From Sphyrna mokarran (taxonomy: Eukaryota), in assembly GCA_024679065.1 (NCBI GenBank), contig JAGIQG010000020.1, positions 13,144,001 through 13,208,000 on the forward strand: a stretch of 64,000 bases of DNA, read 5' to 3'. Shown piece by piece: positions 24,764 through 37,000 of this stretch. The position numbers and the translations under genes are program-made. Position 1 is the first letter of the stretch; every line of letters starts with the position of its first letter. A model generated the notes under the pieces. It was not told the origin of the DNA. It did not search any database and was given only the letters and a program-made list of their open reading frames with translations.

Positions 24764-26939
24764 TACAAACAGAACATCAGGTTTTCTTCAAATCTTTGAC
24801 ATAACGTTCTTGTCGAGAAAAGAAAAGAGTAGAAGTACTAATTAGAGGAGGGACAACGATAGATTCTGACCAGAGAACAATATTCATGTGGACAATCCTG
24901 ACAGTGTGGAAGACAACTACTTGCATTTATAGAGCAGCCTTAACATGATTAAAAAAACCCAAGATGTTTCACAAGAGGATTATCGCATTATGATCACAGG
25001 TGGCAAAAATTGGGTAAAAGCAATAGCTCTGGAAAAGAACAAGAGGGGTAGAGAGGTTTAAGGAGGGACTTTCAGTGCTTATGTCCGAGAACACTGAAGA
25101 TACAGCTGCCAATGATGGGATGAAAGAAACCAGGAATGCACAAGAGGCTAAAACAAGGAAAATTCAGTGCTCTCTGTAGGCTGTAATAGGTTGCAGACAA
25201 AGAGAGGGTCAAACTGCATGCATTTTATAAGCGGCAATTACCAAAATATTGGGAGGAAATAAAAGGGATTGATTTGATAATATTGCAGTTAATGTAGAAT
25301 CATAGAATCCTACAGTGCAGAAGGAGGCCATTTGGCCCATAAAGTCTGCACTGACCACAATCCCACCCTGGCTCTATCCCCTTAACTCCATGCATTTACC
25401 CTAGCGAGTCCCCCTGACACTAAGGGGCAATGTAGCATGATCAATCCACCTAATCTGCACATCTTTGGACTGTGGGAGGAAACCCATGCAGATACAGGGA
25501 GAATGTACAAGCTCTACACAGACAACGATCAATGCCAGGAATTGAATTTGAATTCCAAACACTGTGAGGCAGCAATGCTAACCTTATCTGGCCTAACAGA
25601 GAAAATGCAGGGCTATTCAAATTAGAAAAAAAAAATCAGTGGCATTGGAAAGTCCACCATAAATGAAAAGTGATATGTTTCATAAAATATTGTAGAAAAA
25701 TACACTGGGAAGAATAAAAGAAACTTCAAAAGTTTATCAAAAAGTGTCAAAAAGTCAGGAAATCAAATGGATATAAATACACCTAAACTTGCTAGAAGCA
25801 ACAATGGGGAAGATTCAAGAACATTAATGGGGACAAAGAAAATACTTTATGTTCTCTTGAGTATATTAAGCATTATTTGCACAATAGTGTTAAATGCAAA
25901 GAACATTCACATTCTATGTTTGATATTACAATATTTGAAATGTATGCCAGATAGTTAAAAGTATGGGGGGAAATCGCAAAGACTCTGGTGATCAAATTTC
26001 AATTTTCCAGGACTACATGACTGTTGGCAAAGGACAGCCAATGTTGCACTGTTTGTACAGGAAAGGATAATCTGAGCGCTTATAGGTTAGTTTAACTTTG
26101 TGAACAAATTATTGGAATCAATCCTAAGGGACAGTGTAACCCTTCATTTCAAAAAGCAGAGATCAGGGATGATCAAACTTACTGAATTTAAGGGCCATCT
26201 GTGATAATTTTCACATGCTCCAGAGTTGCAAGGCAGTAGCATCCTTTACACAGGCTAATTACTGCCTTGTGTCTCTCCAGCCTGGGCCTAAGTCTTTGAA
26301 AATTGGGCTATGTGGTCAAGGCTGTATGAAGGAGGACTATCATTGACTTTATTTATTTATCTCAAGATGTTGTGCCAAAAATTGAAATGAGTTGCACATT
26401 AATTTTCTCAAGTTGAGGATATTTCACTTCTGGAACTTGCTTCCAGAACTCAAATGTGAATTAGTAATTTATGTATTAGCTCTAGACCCTCATCATCCTG
26501 GAAGTCCAATATTTCCAGATATTTTTGTAATATCATGTAACAAGAAGATTGAAAATTGGACAACCATCAGTGACCACATAAACCATGAATGGTTTCACAA
26601 GGCAGGTGAAACAGAGCCCCAACTTCTGGAAGCTATCAAATTATGATGTGGAGATGCCGGCGTTGGACTTCTTACTGGAAAATTACCAAGCAGTCCTTGT
26701 AATTTATCTTTGTGAGTGAGGATGCTGGGGTCGTGAGGATGGTGATTCCTTATCAACCTTTCCAAACAACCAGCCATTTGCACTGATACAATGCCTTTAA
26801 CTCCAAGTCACATTGCAATGACAGGATAATGGAGAGTGCAGCTGGGTTAGAGGTAAATAGTCAGGGATGCTGGAAGGACAGAGAGGTTTAGAAATGTAGC
26901 CCAGAGTTTAGTTGAAGGTTAAGCGTCCAGTGATTGTCC

Positions 26940-27480
26940 AGGGCGAGGGGTGGCGGGAAGAAGAGCTGAGGCCTGGCCAGGGAAAGGCCTGGAGCCTACA
27001 CTAATCCAGAAGTGTGTACACAGCGGGCAGACAGCTCAACTCAATCATACCGGCACTGAGGGCAACACTGGCCCCTATCCCACTCGCTCCGGCCTCAAAC
27101 TCCCAAACCCCGGGGCCAGTCTCACTCATCCCAGCTACCGGCAACGACCCGCCGAGTCTGCCCAGTAACAGACCCCGCCCCATAGCAACAAGTCCCGCCC
27201 AATAGCCACTGGCCCCTCCCACCTAACCGACTGGCCCAGATCCGCCGAGACTGCCGAGCAATAGACCCCGCCCCATAGCAACAAGTCCCGCCCAATAGCC
27301 GCTGGTCCCGCCCACCTAACCAACTGGCCCAGAGACTGCCTAGCAACAGACTCCGCCCCATAGCAACAAGCCTCACCCAACCACCAACCGACCCCGCTCG
27401 CCCAGCCACGCGCAGCCGCAGTTCGCATCTGTCCAGCAATAGGCCCGCCCACCTAACCACCCGCCTGCCAAAGCCCCGCC
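26940..27480. promoter_or_regulatory. CpG-rich island with tandemly repeated GC-box, CCAAT and RFX-like motifs; candidate DUSP18-like promoter and/or upstream region of the Pol III gene
   Basis: About 2.5 copies of a roughly 85-90 bp unit (agaccccgccccatagcaacaagtcccgcccaatagcc...cccacctaacc). CpG is retained against a CpG-poor background. Lies about 2.2 kb upstream of the DUSP exon acceptor. Confidence 0.65.
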
Positions 27481-27486
27481 CATCTG

Positions 27487-27703
27487 ATCTGCATTTGCTG
27501 ACCAGAATCCACTGCGGTTACATTTACTTTACTTTCAATACTTAGCTTAAAAGGATGATAAATAATAAAAGTAAAAATTAATCTCCTTTGCTTCTGTATA
27601 TCTTGTGAATAATATATAAAAATCCTAATTTAAAAGAAAACAAAAAAAACCTCACCACCATATAAAAGTAGTTGCAATGCCCAATACTTATAAAGCATTG
27701 AGC
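27487..27703 (+). promoter_or_regulatory. Putative type-3 (U6-like) RNA polymerase III promoter B
   Basis: Octamer-like ATCTGCAT 27487, SPH/ZNF143-like CCAGAATCCACTGCG 27502-27516, PSE-like CTCACCACCATATAAAAGTAG 27651-27671, TATA TTATAAAGCATT at 27688. Spacing fits the U6 promoter layout. Confidence 0.7.
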
Positions 27704-27840
27704 NNNNNNNNNNNNNNNNNNNNNNNNNNNNNNNNNNNNNNNNNNNNNNNNNNNNNNNNNNNNNNNNNNNNNNNNNNNNNNNNNNNNNNNNNNNNNNNNN
27801 NNNNNNNNNNNNNNNNNNNNNNNNNNNNNNNNNNNNNNNN
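27704..27840 (+). ncRNA. 137-nt N-run; inferred hidden small Pol III RNA gene (U6 snRNA-like size), sequence not visible
   Basis: Ns start 15 nt after the TATA of a complete distal element-PSE-TATA arrangement. Identity is inferred from flanks only. Confidence 0.5.
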
Positions 27841-29389
27841 AATAGGTTCACATTTGCCCCTTTTTCACATTGATGTCTGAACACTCATTATCTTACGGTG
27901 ACAATGTTTTCATTTACCTCCTTCCCCGGGTTCAATCTTATTCATTCTGTGCCTCTAAAGCAGCAGTAATTATTCACCAATGCCAGGTATTCTTTGCAGC
28001 TGATCGCATAAAATCAGGGTAATTAATCGTACAGCACGTTTCACACAGTTCAAATGCCCCGAGAGCATTAACAAACATAACTTGAGGCAAGACGATAGAG
28101 GGAGATATTAGAACCAGTGCCCAAACAGGCAAGAGCTTGGGTTAAGAGTGAGGTATAGAATCCCAGCAGTGTAGAAGGAGGGCATTTGGCTTAATGAGAC
28201 TACAATTCCACCCAGGCCCTATCCTAGTTGCCCCACATATTTACCCTGATAATTCCCCTGACATTAAGGGGCAATTTAAACATGGCCAATCAACCCAACT
28301 CACACATCTTTGGATTGTGGGAGGAAACTGGAGCATCCGGAAGAAACCCATGCAGACACAGGGAGAATGTGCAAGCTGCACGCAGACAGTGACCCGAGGC
28401 CAGAATTGAACCTGGGTCCTTAGCACTGTGAGGTACCAGTGTTAACCACTGTGCCACCGTGCCACTCACAATGGAGAGGTTTCAGGGGCATTCCACAACC
28501 TGTGCACCAAGCTGCTGAAGACACAAGCTGAGCGATGGGACTTGAAGATGTGCCATATTGGGGAAGATATGCTTTGTACTTTGTCACTAATATTTGAGGC
28601 TTATTGCCTTATGTTGCTTTACATCTAGCAGTCTCTGGGCCATTGGAAACCTGATGTGTGATTGAAGATGTCCCCTGTCAGGACTCCATGGAAGCCCTGG
28701 CGTGTGAACATTTATGGAAATTGCCCGGGAAGTTTAAACTTCTGATGGGTTCATTCTCTGCTGCCTGGGGCCTTGTGGAAATGTCTCCAACCCAAAGCTG
28801 GGCCACAATTTGTTGCCGTTCTTAGTTGCATCTTGAGGAGGCAATGTTGGATTTTGTTCTTGGGCTGCTGGTTTGATACGCCTGAGTTGCTCATCAAGGC
28901 CGATTTAGAAGGCAGATAAGAGTCAACTAAGTCAGTCTGAGACTATAATCACTCTGCACCAAATTTCCAGACCATTCTCAACGCTCTCCACTTCACAACA
29001 AACTTGGCCTGTTCTCGAATGTTGTCAAAACAAAACTCATATATAAACCTCCTGCGTGTTAAAGGAGAAACTCTGGAATGTACTGGGCCCTCTCCAGGCC
29101 TTGGCAGGCACCTCTCTCAATAGGTCAGCACTAATGAGGAAATCCAATATTAGTCCAGCTATGCTAGCTCATCTTGCTACAAGCTAAGTCAGGCTTAGGA
29201 GGAGGTGGGAAGAGGATGGGCTCCATGTCCAGTAAGACTCTAGCTGGTCGTGATTTAGACAGACCTCCCTTGGAAGTCAGTGCTCAGGAGCCTTACGGAG
29301 CTACTTTGGAACTGGCTCTTTTTTGACAGTTTACTCCAGAATATCATCACTGCCTGGAATCCAAGCCAGGCTTAACGGTAATGCCTGGA

Positions 29390-29530
29390 GCCAGTTTGTC
29401 CCCTGTTTTGCAGATGAGCAACTCAGGGTCTTGCTCGAGGCAATTAGTGACTGTCATGACATCTTGCTGCTATGGGACAGCAAGAGAAGGCCACCTTATG
29501 TGACTAAGAAGGACTGGATAGAGATGATTG
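29390..29530 (+). pseudogene. Relic of a Myb/SANT-like (Harbinger accessory protein-type) N-terminus
   Basis: PCFADEQLRVLLEAISDCHDILL...KRRPPYVTKKDWIEM fits the F.....L..LL..V......L.........W pattern of such domains. Short and without gene context. Confidence 0.4.
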
Positions 29531-30715
29531 GCCTTTCCATTGGCCCATTTGCAAAATCTACATCCAGTGTAAAGATGTTTAAAATTCATTTTACAGTTAG
29601 GGATGTGTGTGTGTATTGCTGGGTGGGCCAGCTTCTATTGTCCATCCTTAACTGCCCTCTGTCTAGAGGACACTTAAGAGTCAATCACATTACTGTGGAT
29701 CTGAAGTCACATTTAGGTCAGACTGGGTAAGGATGGCAGATTTCCTTCCTTAAAGGACATTAGTGCACCAGATGGGTTTTCCTGACTGTGGAAGGGGATT
29801 TTAGATCCACAGGCAGATTTTTAGTTTTAGTAACAGTTTGGTAGGAAAAAGTTAAAATGATTATCCAACAAGATAATGTTAATGGTTTGCTCATATGTGA
29901 ATGTAATAACAGATTTAAATAAATGAGACATGATTCCTAAAGTATTAAATATCTGTACATTGAAATATTAAGTGATTGTGCACTTTAACATATTAAGTGA
30001 ATTTTTACATATTAAGTGAATTTTTAATCGATGTAAATGTATTTGTTCGCCTCAGTCAAAAGTGCTACAGAAATAACAATATGAGTTCAGAAGTTCAGCA
30101 GTTAGAATCCATTAGACTATTCATTATAGTTTCAAATCCCAGGATAGTTATAGAAACATAGTGTATTAAATAAAAGGCATCTGTTGTCCAAACATGAAAA
30201 AGGGTCTTTCCATGGGCGCAAGGGTGATACTATCTGATTGTTTTGGCAATATGCCGATGGGAATGGAATTAGGATAGAGGCGTCCTTAGCAACAAAACAA
30301 GGAAGTGAGTCTTGACAATGGGAAGAAGTCTGGTATTAGACGGACAAACATTATGTCAAGTAGCATATCTCAATTGGCTAAAATAATCTGTCATGTTTTG
30401 GACTGACATGTTAACATGGAATGAAATTGAATCAAAGCTGATTAGAAGGAGTATCTTAGATAACAGTAGATATAATTGTATGTATTTTTGCTCAATGCCT
30501 CAGATCTTTGGAAGCATCTTGTAGCCCTGGCCCAGAGTATTCGACCATCTGAAGGCCTCCTAGCGGATATAGGTTAATGTTTTGTTTGTTTTGTATGATT
30601 TTTATGTTTTTTATAAAATAAATCTTAGTTATGTTTTGAGTAGAGACTTTCCCTTTGATACTTTTTAAGTAATTTTCAAGTTTTTTAAGAAGTTAGGTTG
30701 TCATCAAAGTGACAA

Positions 30716-31312
30716 TGTGGCACAGTGGTTAGCACTGCTGCCTCACAATGCCAGGGACCCAGGCTTGATTCCTGGTTTATGGGAATCCATGTGAAATTTG
30801 CTTCTCAGCCTTTTGGCTAAGATCAAGTGTAGTATCGACATGCTGTGCTTGGTTGAAGTTATTAGATTACGTTTTAGCTTCATTTGAAGCAATTTTTAAA
30901 AGCGGCATCTTGGCCTTTTGGCTAAGATGCAAATTAGATCAAGCCTTGGAGGAGAAGCTATATCTACTCCAATCAGCTTGGATCATGTAGATCAAGCTCA
31001 AGACAGAAGGTGAGAGCCCTGTCTTGTCAGCTTGTATCAGGAATGTCTCAACTTGTGGAGACTCTGAATTGGACTTGATTGGATTGAATTGGAATAAAAA
31101 GAAAAAAAAACTATATGGAATTTGCACATTCTGCCCATGTCTCCGTAGGTTTCCTCCGGGTGCTCCGGTTTCCTCTCACAATCCAAAGATGCACAGATAA
31201 AGTGCATTGATCATGCTAATTTCTCCCTTAGTGTACCCAAACAGGCACTGGAATGGCATTTAGGTGATTTTCACAGCAACTTTATTACAGTGTGAATGCA
31301 AGCCTATTTATG
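30716..31312 (+). mobile_element. HE1/V-SINE-like SINE hosting the U2-headed insertion
   Basis: Head gtggcacagtggttagcactgctgcctcac at 30717. Body resumes at 31111 (ggaatttgcacattc...ggtttcctccgggtgctccgg). Confidence 0.85.
30800..31110 (+). mobile_element. U2 snRNA-headed retroposon with A-rich tail and target-site duplication
   Basis: 30800-30836 matches U2 nt 4-40 at 36/37. A second U2 5' segment lies at 30905-30928. A-rich tail runs to 31110. Flanking 15-mers ccatgtgaaatttgc / ctatatggaatttgc match at 12/15. Confidence 0.8.
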
Positions 31313-31329
31313 AGCATACAGATAATCTA

Positions 31330-32210
31330 ACTAGGCAAGGGGTAATACTGACCTAGTCTTGGGAATGAGCATGGTCAGGTGGTTGATGTTTCAGTAGGGG
31401 AGCAGTTTGGGAACAGTGATCACAATTCAGTAAGCTTTAAGGCACTGATGGATAAAGATAAGTGTAGTCCCCAAGTGAAGGTGCTAAATTGAGGGGAGAC
31501 TAATTACAACAATATTAGGCAGGAACTGAAGAATGTAGATTGGGAGCAGATACTTGAGGGCAAATCAACATTGAGCATGTGGGAGACATTCAAGTGTAAG
31601 TTGATAGGAATTCAGGACCTGCACATTCCTGTAAGGATAAAGGATAAGCATGGCAAGTTTTGGGAATGTTGAATAATGAGAGATATTGTGAACCAAGTCA
31701 TAGAGAAAAAGGAAGCATTTATCAAGGCTAGGAGGCTGGGAACACACAAAGCAAGTGTGGAATGCAAGGAAAGTAGAAGGAAATTTGAGCAAGGAGTAAG
31801 AAGGGCTATAAGAGTGCACAAAAAGTCATTGGCCAGCAGGATTAAGGAAACTCCCAAGGCTTTTTACAAATATATAAAGAGCAAGAGAGTAGCTAGGGAG
31901 AGGGTTGGCCCAATTAAGGACAAGGGAGGGAATCTAGGCATGGAGCCAGAGGAAATGGGCAAGGTATTAAATGAATATTTTGTGTCAGTATTCATCAAAG
32001 AGATGGATGATGGGTCTGCGGAAGAGTGTGTAGATAGTTTGAGTTATGTTGAGATCAAAAAAGAGGAGGTATTGGGGCTCTTCAGAAACATTAAGATAGA
32101 CATGTCCACAGGATCTGATGGGATATACCCCAAAATACTGAGAGAGGCAAGGGAGGAAATTGCTGGGGCCTTGAGAGAATTTTTTGTATCCTCACTCGCT
32201 ACAGGGAAAG
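31330..32210 (+). mobile_element. CR1 LINE ORF2 internal fragment (endonuclease end and linker)
   Basis: ORF 31676..32269 contains IKETPKAFYKYIKSKRVARERVGPIKD...LNEYFVSVF...GSDGIYPKILREAREEIAGAL. An upstream degenerate LG.SDHNS motif lies near 31410. Confidence 0.9.
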
Positions 32211-32217
32211 TCAACAT

Positions 32218-32456
32218 AGTAAGAAGTCTCACAAACACCAGGTTAAAGTCCAAGAAATTTATTTGGTAGCAAAAGCCACTAGCTTTCAGAGCGCTTGCTG
32301 CTCCTACGTCAGGTGAGTCAGGTGTGTCTTTATATGCCCTGTTTGTGATCAGAACTCCTACCCACCTGATGAAGGAACAGCCAGTTCCAAAAGCTAGTGG
32401 CTTTTGCTACAAATAAACCTGTTGGACTTTAACCTGGTATTGTGAGACTTCTTACT
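32218..32456. mobile_element. Palindromic Penelope-like element with degenerate hammerhead motif
   Basis: Inverted arms of about 95 bp. Contains cac-ctgatga-aggaac...gttcc-aaaagcta-gtg. Confidence 0.7.
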
Positions 32457-33125
32457 TCTGCGCTTCACCAGGGTGAGTACTGATTCCGATTGGAACTATG
32501 GGTCTCTGTGGGCAGCAGTACTTGTTGGGCCTCAGAGGACGCAGAGCATGCTGTGGCCACGGCTTCATGTGTGTTACAGTGATGTGCGACAGTGTGACAG
32601 GTTGGGGGTGGGGGAGAGGCTGTGGGGGCAGGGGAAATGGGGCAGGCTGGTGGGGGAGGGGAAGTGGGAGGTGGTTCTGGCATGCCGTGGGGACCTAATA
32701 AAAACACTTTTTTGTCCTTGCTGGGAAAGAGGAGTCAATGCGCTGGAGTGAGGATTTTCCTGGGAATGTACTGAAAACGTGGAACCAAGTCGACTGGTCA
32801 CATAGTGACACAGGTATCGGACAAGGGTAAGAGTCTGAGGACGAGGAAAGAGATTGGTAGAGGGTTTAAAAGATGTGGGAGCAGCAGTTGTAAAACTGAG
32901 AGGCAATGTCCAATGATATCATTGCTCATCCATTCAGAAGTCTTGTCCAGTCTGAACAGCAACTAAAATGCATGCATTCTGATGTGTTATGATCTTCAAT
33001 AGCGATATTTTTGCTTCTTCCCTAAGATCATCATGACCTTCCCAAAGGACCAAAGGCCGATGAAGGCCTCTGGAGTTGTCCATTAGGCAGCAGGTACAGG
33101 ATGTCCCATGGGAGACACAGTGAAT

Positions 33126-33128
<3 letters not shown>

Positions 33129-33165
<37 letters not shown>
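33129..33165. repeat. (TG)n microsatellite
   Basis: Perfect dinucleotide run. Confidence 0.95.
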
Positions 33166-33167
<2 letters not shown>

Positions 33168-33385
33168 CATGGTCTCCGTATTAGAGGAGTGCATGTGGAG
33201 TGTATGCATTACATTGGTACACACAGCCTCCTTCATAGAGACAGAGTGGTGGCTCTCACAGAGAGGTATCTCCAGGAACTCCATCAGGGATTTCTGAGGT
33301 TGCGTTCAGACATGAAAACACACTCATTGGCAGTGATTCCAACAAGTCAGAGACAGCATGAGAGGCACTGAGTAACTCTGCTGGT

Positions 33386-34036
33386 ATAGATATAGATATA
33401 GAACATTACAGCACAGAACAGGCCCTTCGGCCTTCGATGTTGTGCCGACCAAAATAAAAAGCAATGCCCCTCCAAACTAAACCATTCCCTTCTCTTCCAT
33501 ATACTTATCAATTAACCTCTTAAACGCCACCAAACTTGGCGCATCTACAACAGCTGCAGGCAGGGCATTCCACTCCCTAATCACTCTTTGAGTAAAGAAC
33601 CTACCTCTGATATCCGTCCTATAACTCATACCCCTTAATTTAAAGCTGTGTCCCCTCGTGCTAGCTTTCTCCATCCTAGGAAAAAGGCTATCACTGTCCA
33701 CCCTATCTAAACCTCTAATCATCTTATATGCTTCAATAAGATCCCCTCTTAGCCGCCTCCTTTCTAACGAAAACAACCTCAAATCCTTCAACCTCTCTTC
33801 ATAGGACCTGCCCTCCATACCAGGCAACATCCTGGTAAACCTCCTCTGTACCCTCTCCAATGCCTCCACATCTTTCTTATAATGTGGGGACCAGAACTGC
33901 ACACAATACTCCAAGTGCGGCCGCACTAGAGTTTTGTACAGTTGCAACATGATGCTGCGGCTCCTAAATTCAATCCCCCTACCAATAAAAGCTAAGACTC
34001 TATATGCCTTCTTAACAACTTTATCCACTTGACTGC
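33386..34036 (-). mobile_element. Young CR1/HER1-type LINE, 5'-truncated, with open ORF2 C-terminus
   Basis: ORF 33477..34229 contains QVDKVVKKAY...LYKTLVRPHLEYCVQFWSPHYKKDVEALERVQRRFTRMLPGM...LERRRLRGDLIEAYK, typical of CR1 ORF2. The 3' UTR ends in TCTATA repeats. Confidence 0.95.
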
Positions 34037-37000
34037 CTAACAACTCAGATGGAGGTGGCAGATGAGTTGCAGCCCATGCATCCTCTTGTGCCATTCTCAA
34101 TGATGGCCTCTCTGCCAGTGATCTGATGGACCTTTTATCCCACCCTGGATACAGAATGCATGAAAAATGTGACAGCTGCCTGGCCGAAGCACCCCGTCCA
34201 CTCAAAATTGCTGACAATGACTTTTTCAAATGGCATTTATTGGCCTGTCAATTGTTGGGAAACATAGCTTTGACTTAAACACATGCCTACCAATTGAAAT
34301 AGTGCAAGTTAGCGCCATAATGTTGTCCCATTTCATGAACATTCATGTCAGCAGTCAATTGCTCAATGAGCCTATAGTGTCCTTCTTGAAATTCTAAAAC
34401 ATTCAAACAAAGCTCCTACAATATCTGTGCAGAGATTGTATGTTCTCCATGTGTCTGCATGGTTTCCTCTGGGTTTCTGGTTTCCTCCTACAGTCTGAAG
34501 GTAGGTGGATTGGCCATGCTAAATTGCCTCTTAGTGTCAGTGAGATCAGCAGGATAAATAATTGGCATTATTGGGACAGGGTGTGAGTGGGAGTGTTGAC
34601 AGTGCATGCTCGATGGGCCAAATTGCCTCATTCTGCACTGTAGAATATTTCTTCAGTGATTCTATATCAACTTCCATCATGATATGAAATTGATCTTTTT
34701 CTATACCCCAGTTATGATTGTAACACTACATTCTGCACCCTTTCCTTTCCTTCTCCCCCATGTGCTCTACGAATGATATGCTTTTTCTGTATAGCATGCA
34801 AGAGACAATATTGTTTACTGTATCCCAATACATGTGACAATAATAAATCAAATCAAATCAAATTAAATCCTTGGACTGGACAGGACATCCAGATGGTTAA
34901 AATGTGTCTCCTCTGCCAGGTCCTGTTTTCTCAACTCTCAAATGCTCGACATTCTACTGAAGGACTTGGCAACTGTTTCAATGACACTCTGAAGCTCACC
35001 TTGAAGAATAACAGCATTGACAATAATGACTGGGAAGAGTTTGCTACCAATGGTTCAAAATAACAGCAACTTGTCCATCGAGACATTTTGAGTCCAAATG
35101 CTTTAATGATGAGGCAGAGTTGCAGCATAGAAGAGGAGGAGATGGCCTAGTGGTATTGTTGCTCGATTATTCATCCAGAAACTCCTGTAATGTTTTGGGG
35201 ACCCGAGTTCAAATCCCATCACAGCAGATGGTGGAATTTGATTTAATAAAAATCTGGAATTCATTAAAAACTGATAGTCATTGTTGATTGTCGAAAAACC
35301 CATCTGGTTCACTAACGTCCTTCAGGGAAGGAAATCAACTATCCTTACCTGGACTGGCCTATATATGACACCAGAGCCACAGCAATGTGGTTGACTCTCA
35401 ATTGCCTTCTCAGGGCAACTAAGAGCTTTGCCCATGTCCCACCAATGAATAAATAAAAAGGAAAGTAGAGGAAGCAAATTCTGCACTTCAATCCCACTAT
35501 ATTGTGGGTCCATCTGCTCCATGTGGCCAAAGATTCAAGGGTCAAGAATCAGCCAGTTCAGCCACATGAAGGCCTGTGGCAGAATTGAAGGGCAACTAAT
35601 GCCGATGACCAACAAGGTATTATCAGTCCCATCCAATAGGGGGCAGCAAATCCCAATGTATCACCTTTGTACCAATGATTGTACCAATTATGAAAGTGAA
35701 GGGTAGGGGTCATAGCCGAGGATCTGCAGGCAGCAGTGAAGGAGCATCACTCATTGTTAACCTCCTAAAAAGTCGCCCACAAAGAGTTTTGAGCGCGGAT
35801 TTTCTTTATTCCAACATGACTTTAAATTTAAAGGGGATGTGTGGCATCCACCAATAGGGCAAGAGCAGGCAGGCTAATCAATCAGACAAATGACTTCTCA
35901 TGAAAGACAAAACAAGAAGCGAAAAGCAGTTTCTATAATTCAAACTTTAATCATTGTACACAAACGGAATTTAAAATTGGGACCCACCTTGGATTCAAGG
36001 GGGAAATGGAAATTGGGTATATATAAAAAATAAAACCTTACACTTGGTTTTATGATTTAAAAAGTCATTAGAACAAAGGAAACAGGAATAGGAGTAGACC
36101 ATATAGCCCAATAAACACACTCAGAGCTGGCTTTTTACTCAATTTCACTTTTCCCTTCCATCGTTTGATTCTCTGTTAGACCAAAAATTTATCTTAACCT
36201 TAAATACATTCAACAATGGGGCATCTATAACACTCTGAGGTGGAGATGCTGGAAGGTTTACAATCCTCAGAATGAAGTAATTTCTCCTCCTGTCAGTTCT
36301 AAGTGAGTGAACCAATATCCTCACTCTTTGTCCCCGTGTTCTAAACTCCCCAGCCAGGAGAAACAATTTTAGTTAAACCTTGTTAATATTATAAAGTATA
36401 TTTATTAGCGTCACAATAGGCTTGCATTAACACTGCAATGAAGTTACAGTGAAAATCCCCTAGTTGCCACACTCCAGCGCCTGTTCAGGTACAGTGAGGG
36501 AAAATTTAGCATGGCCAATCCATCTAACCAGCATGTCTTTCAGACTCTGGGAGGAAACCAGAGCATTTGGAGGAAACCTACTTATCATTTGCTTGCCTAA
36601 TTGCTTGCCATACCTGCATACTCATTTCCAATGTTTGTACACATCCAAGGTTTCCTGGACATCAATGTTGACAAGTCACCCATCTTTTAAATAACATTCA
36701 GCTTTTCTATCCTTTTTACCAAGGTGAATAACTTCACACGTCCCCACATTATACTCCGTTGACCATTTTGTTGATCATTCACTTAACTTATGTGTCTTTG
36801 TAGATACTTTGGGTGGCATTTTCCGACTGTGTTTGCCCGAAACCGGAAAATCTGCCTGAGGTCAAGGGACATATGCATGGTCTGTGCCCTTGCTAACTAC
36901 AATTCCTGTGGTGGGCAGAACAGGAAAATTTCCCCCTTTGTGTCCTCCTCATAGCTTATCCTCCCACTTAGTTTCTTAACATCAGCAAACTTAGATATTT

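Noticed and set aside
30800-30836. Functional U2 snRNA gene
   Set aside because: Only nt 4-40 are present, with no Sm site, 3' stem-loops or upstream PSE, and it sits inside a SINE.
33477-34229. 250-aa ORF as a host gene
   Set aside because: It is CR1 ORF2 C-terminus fused by chance to non-coding flank.
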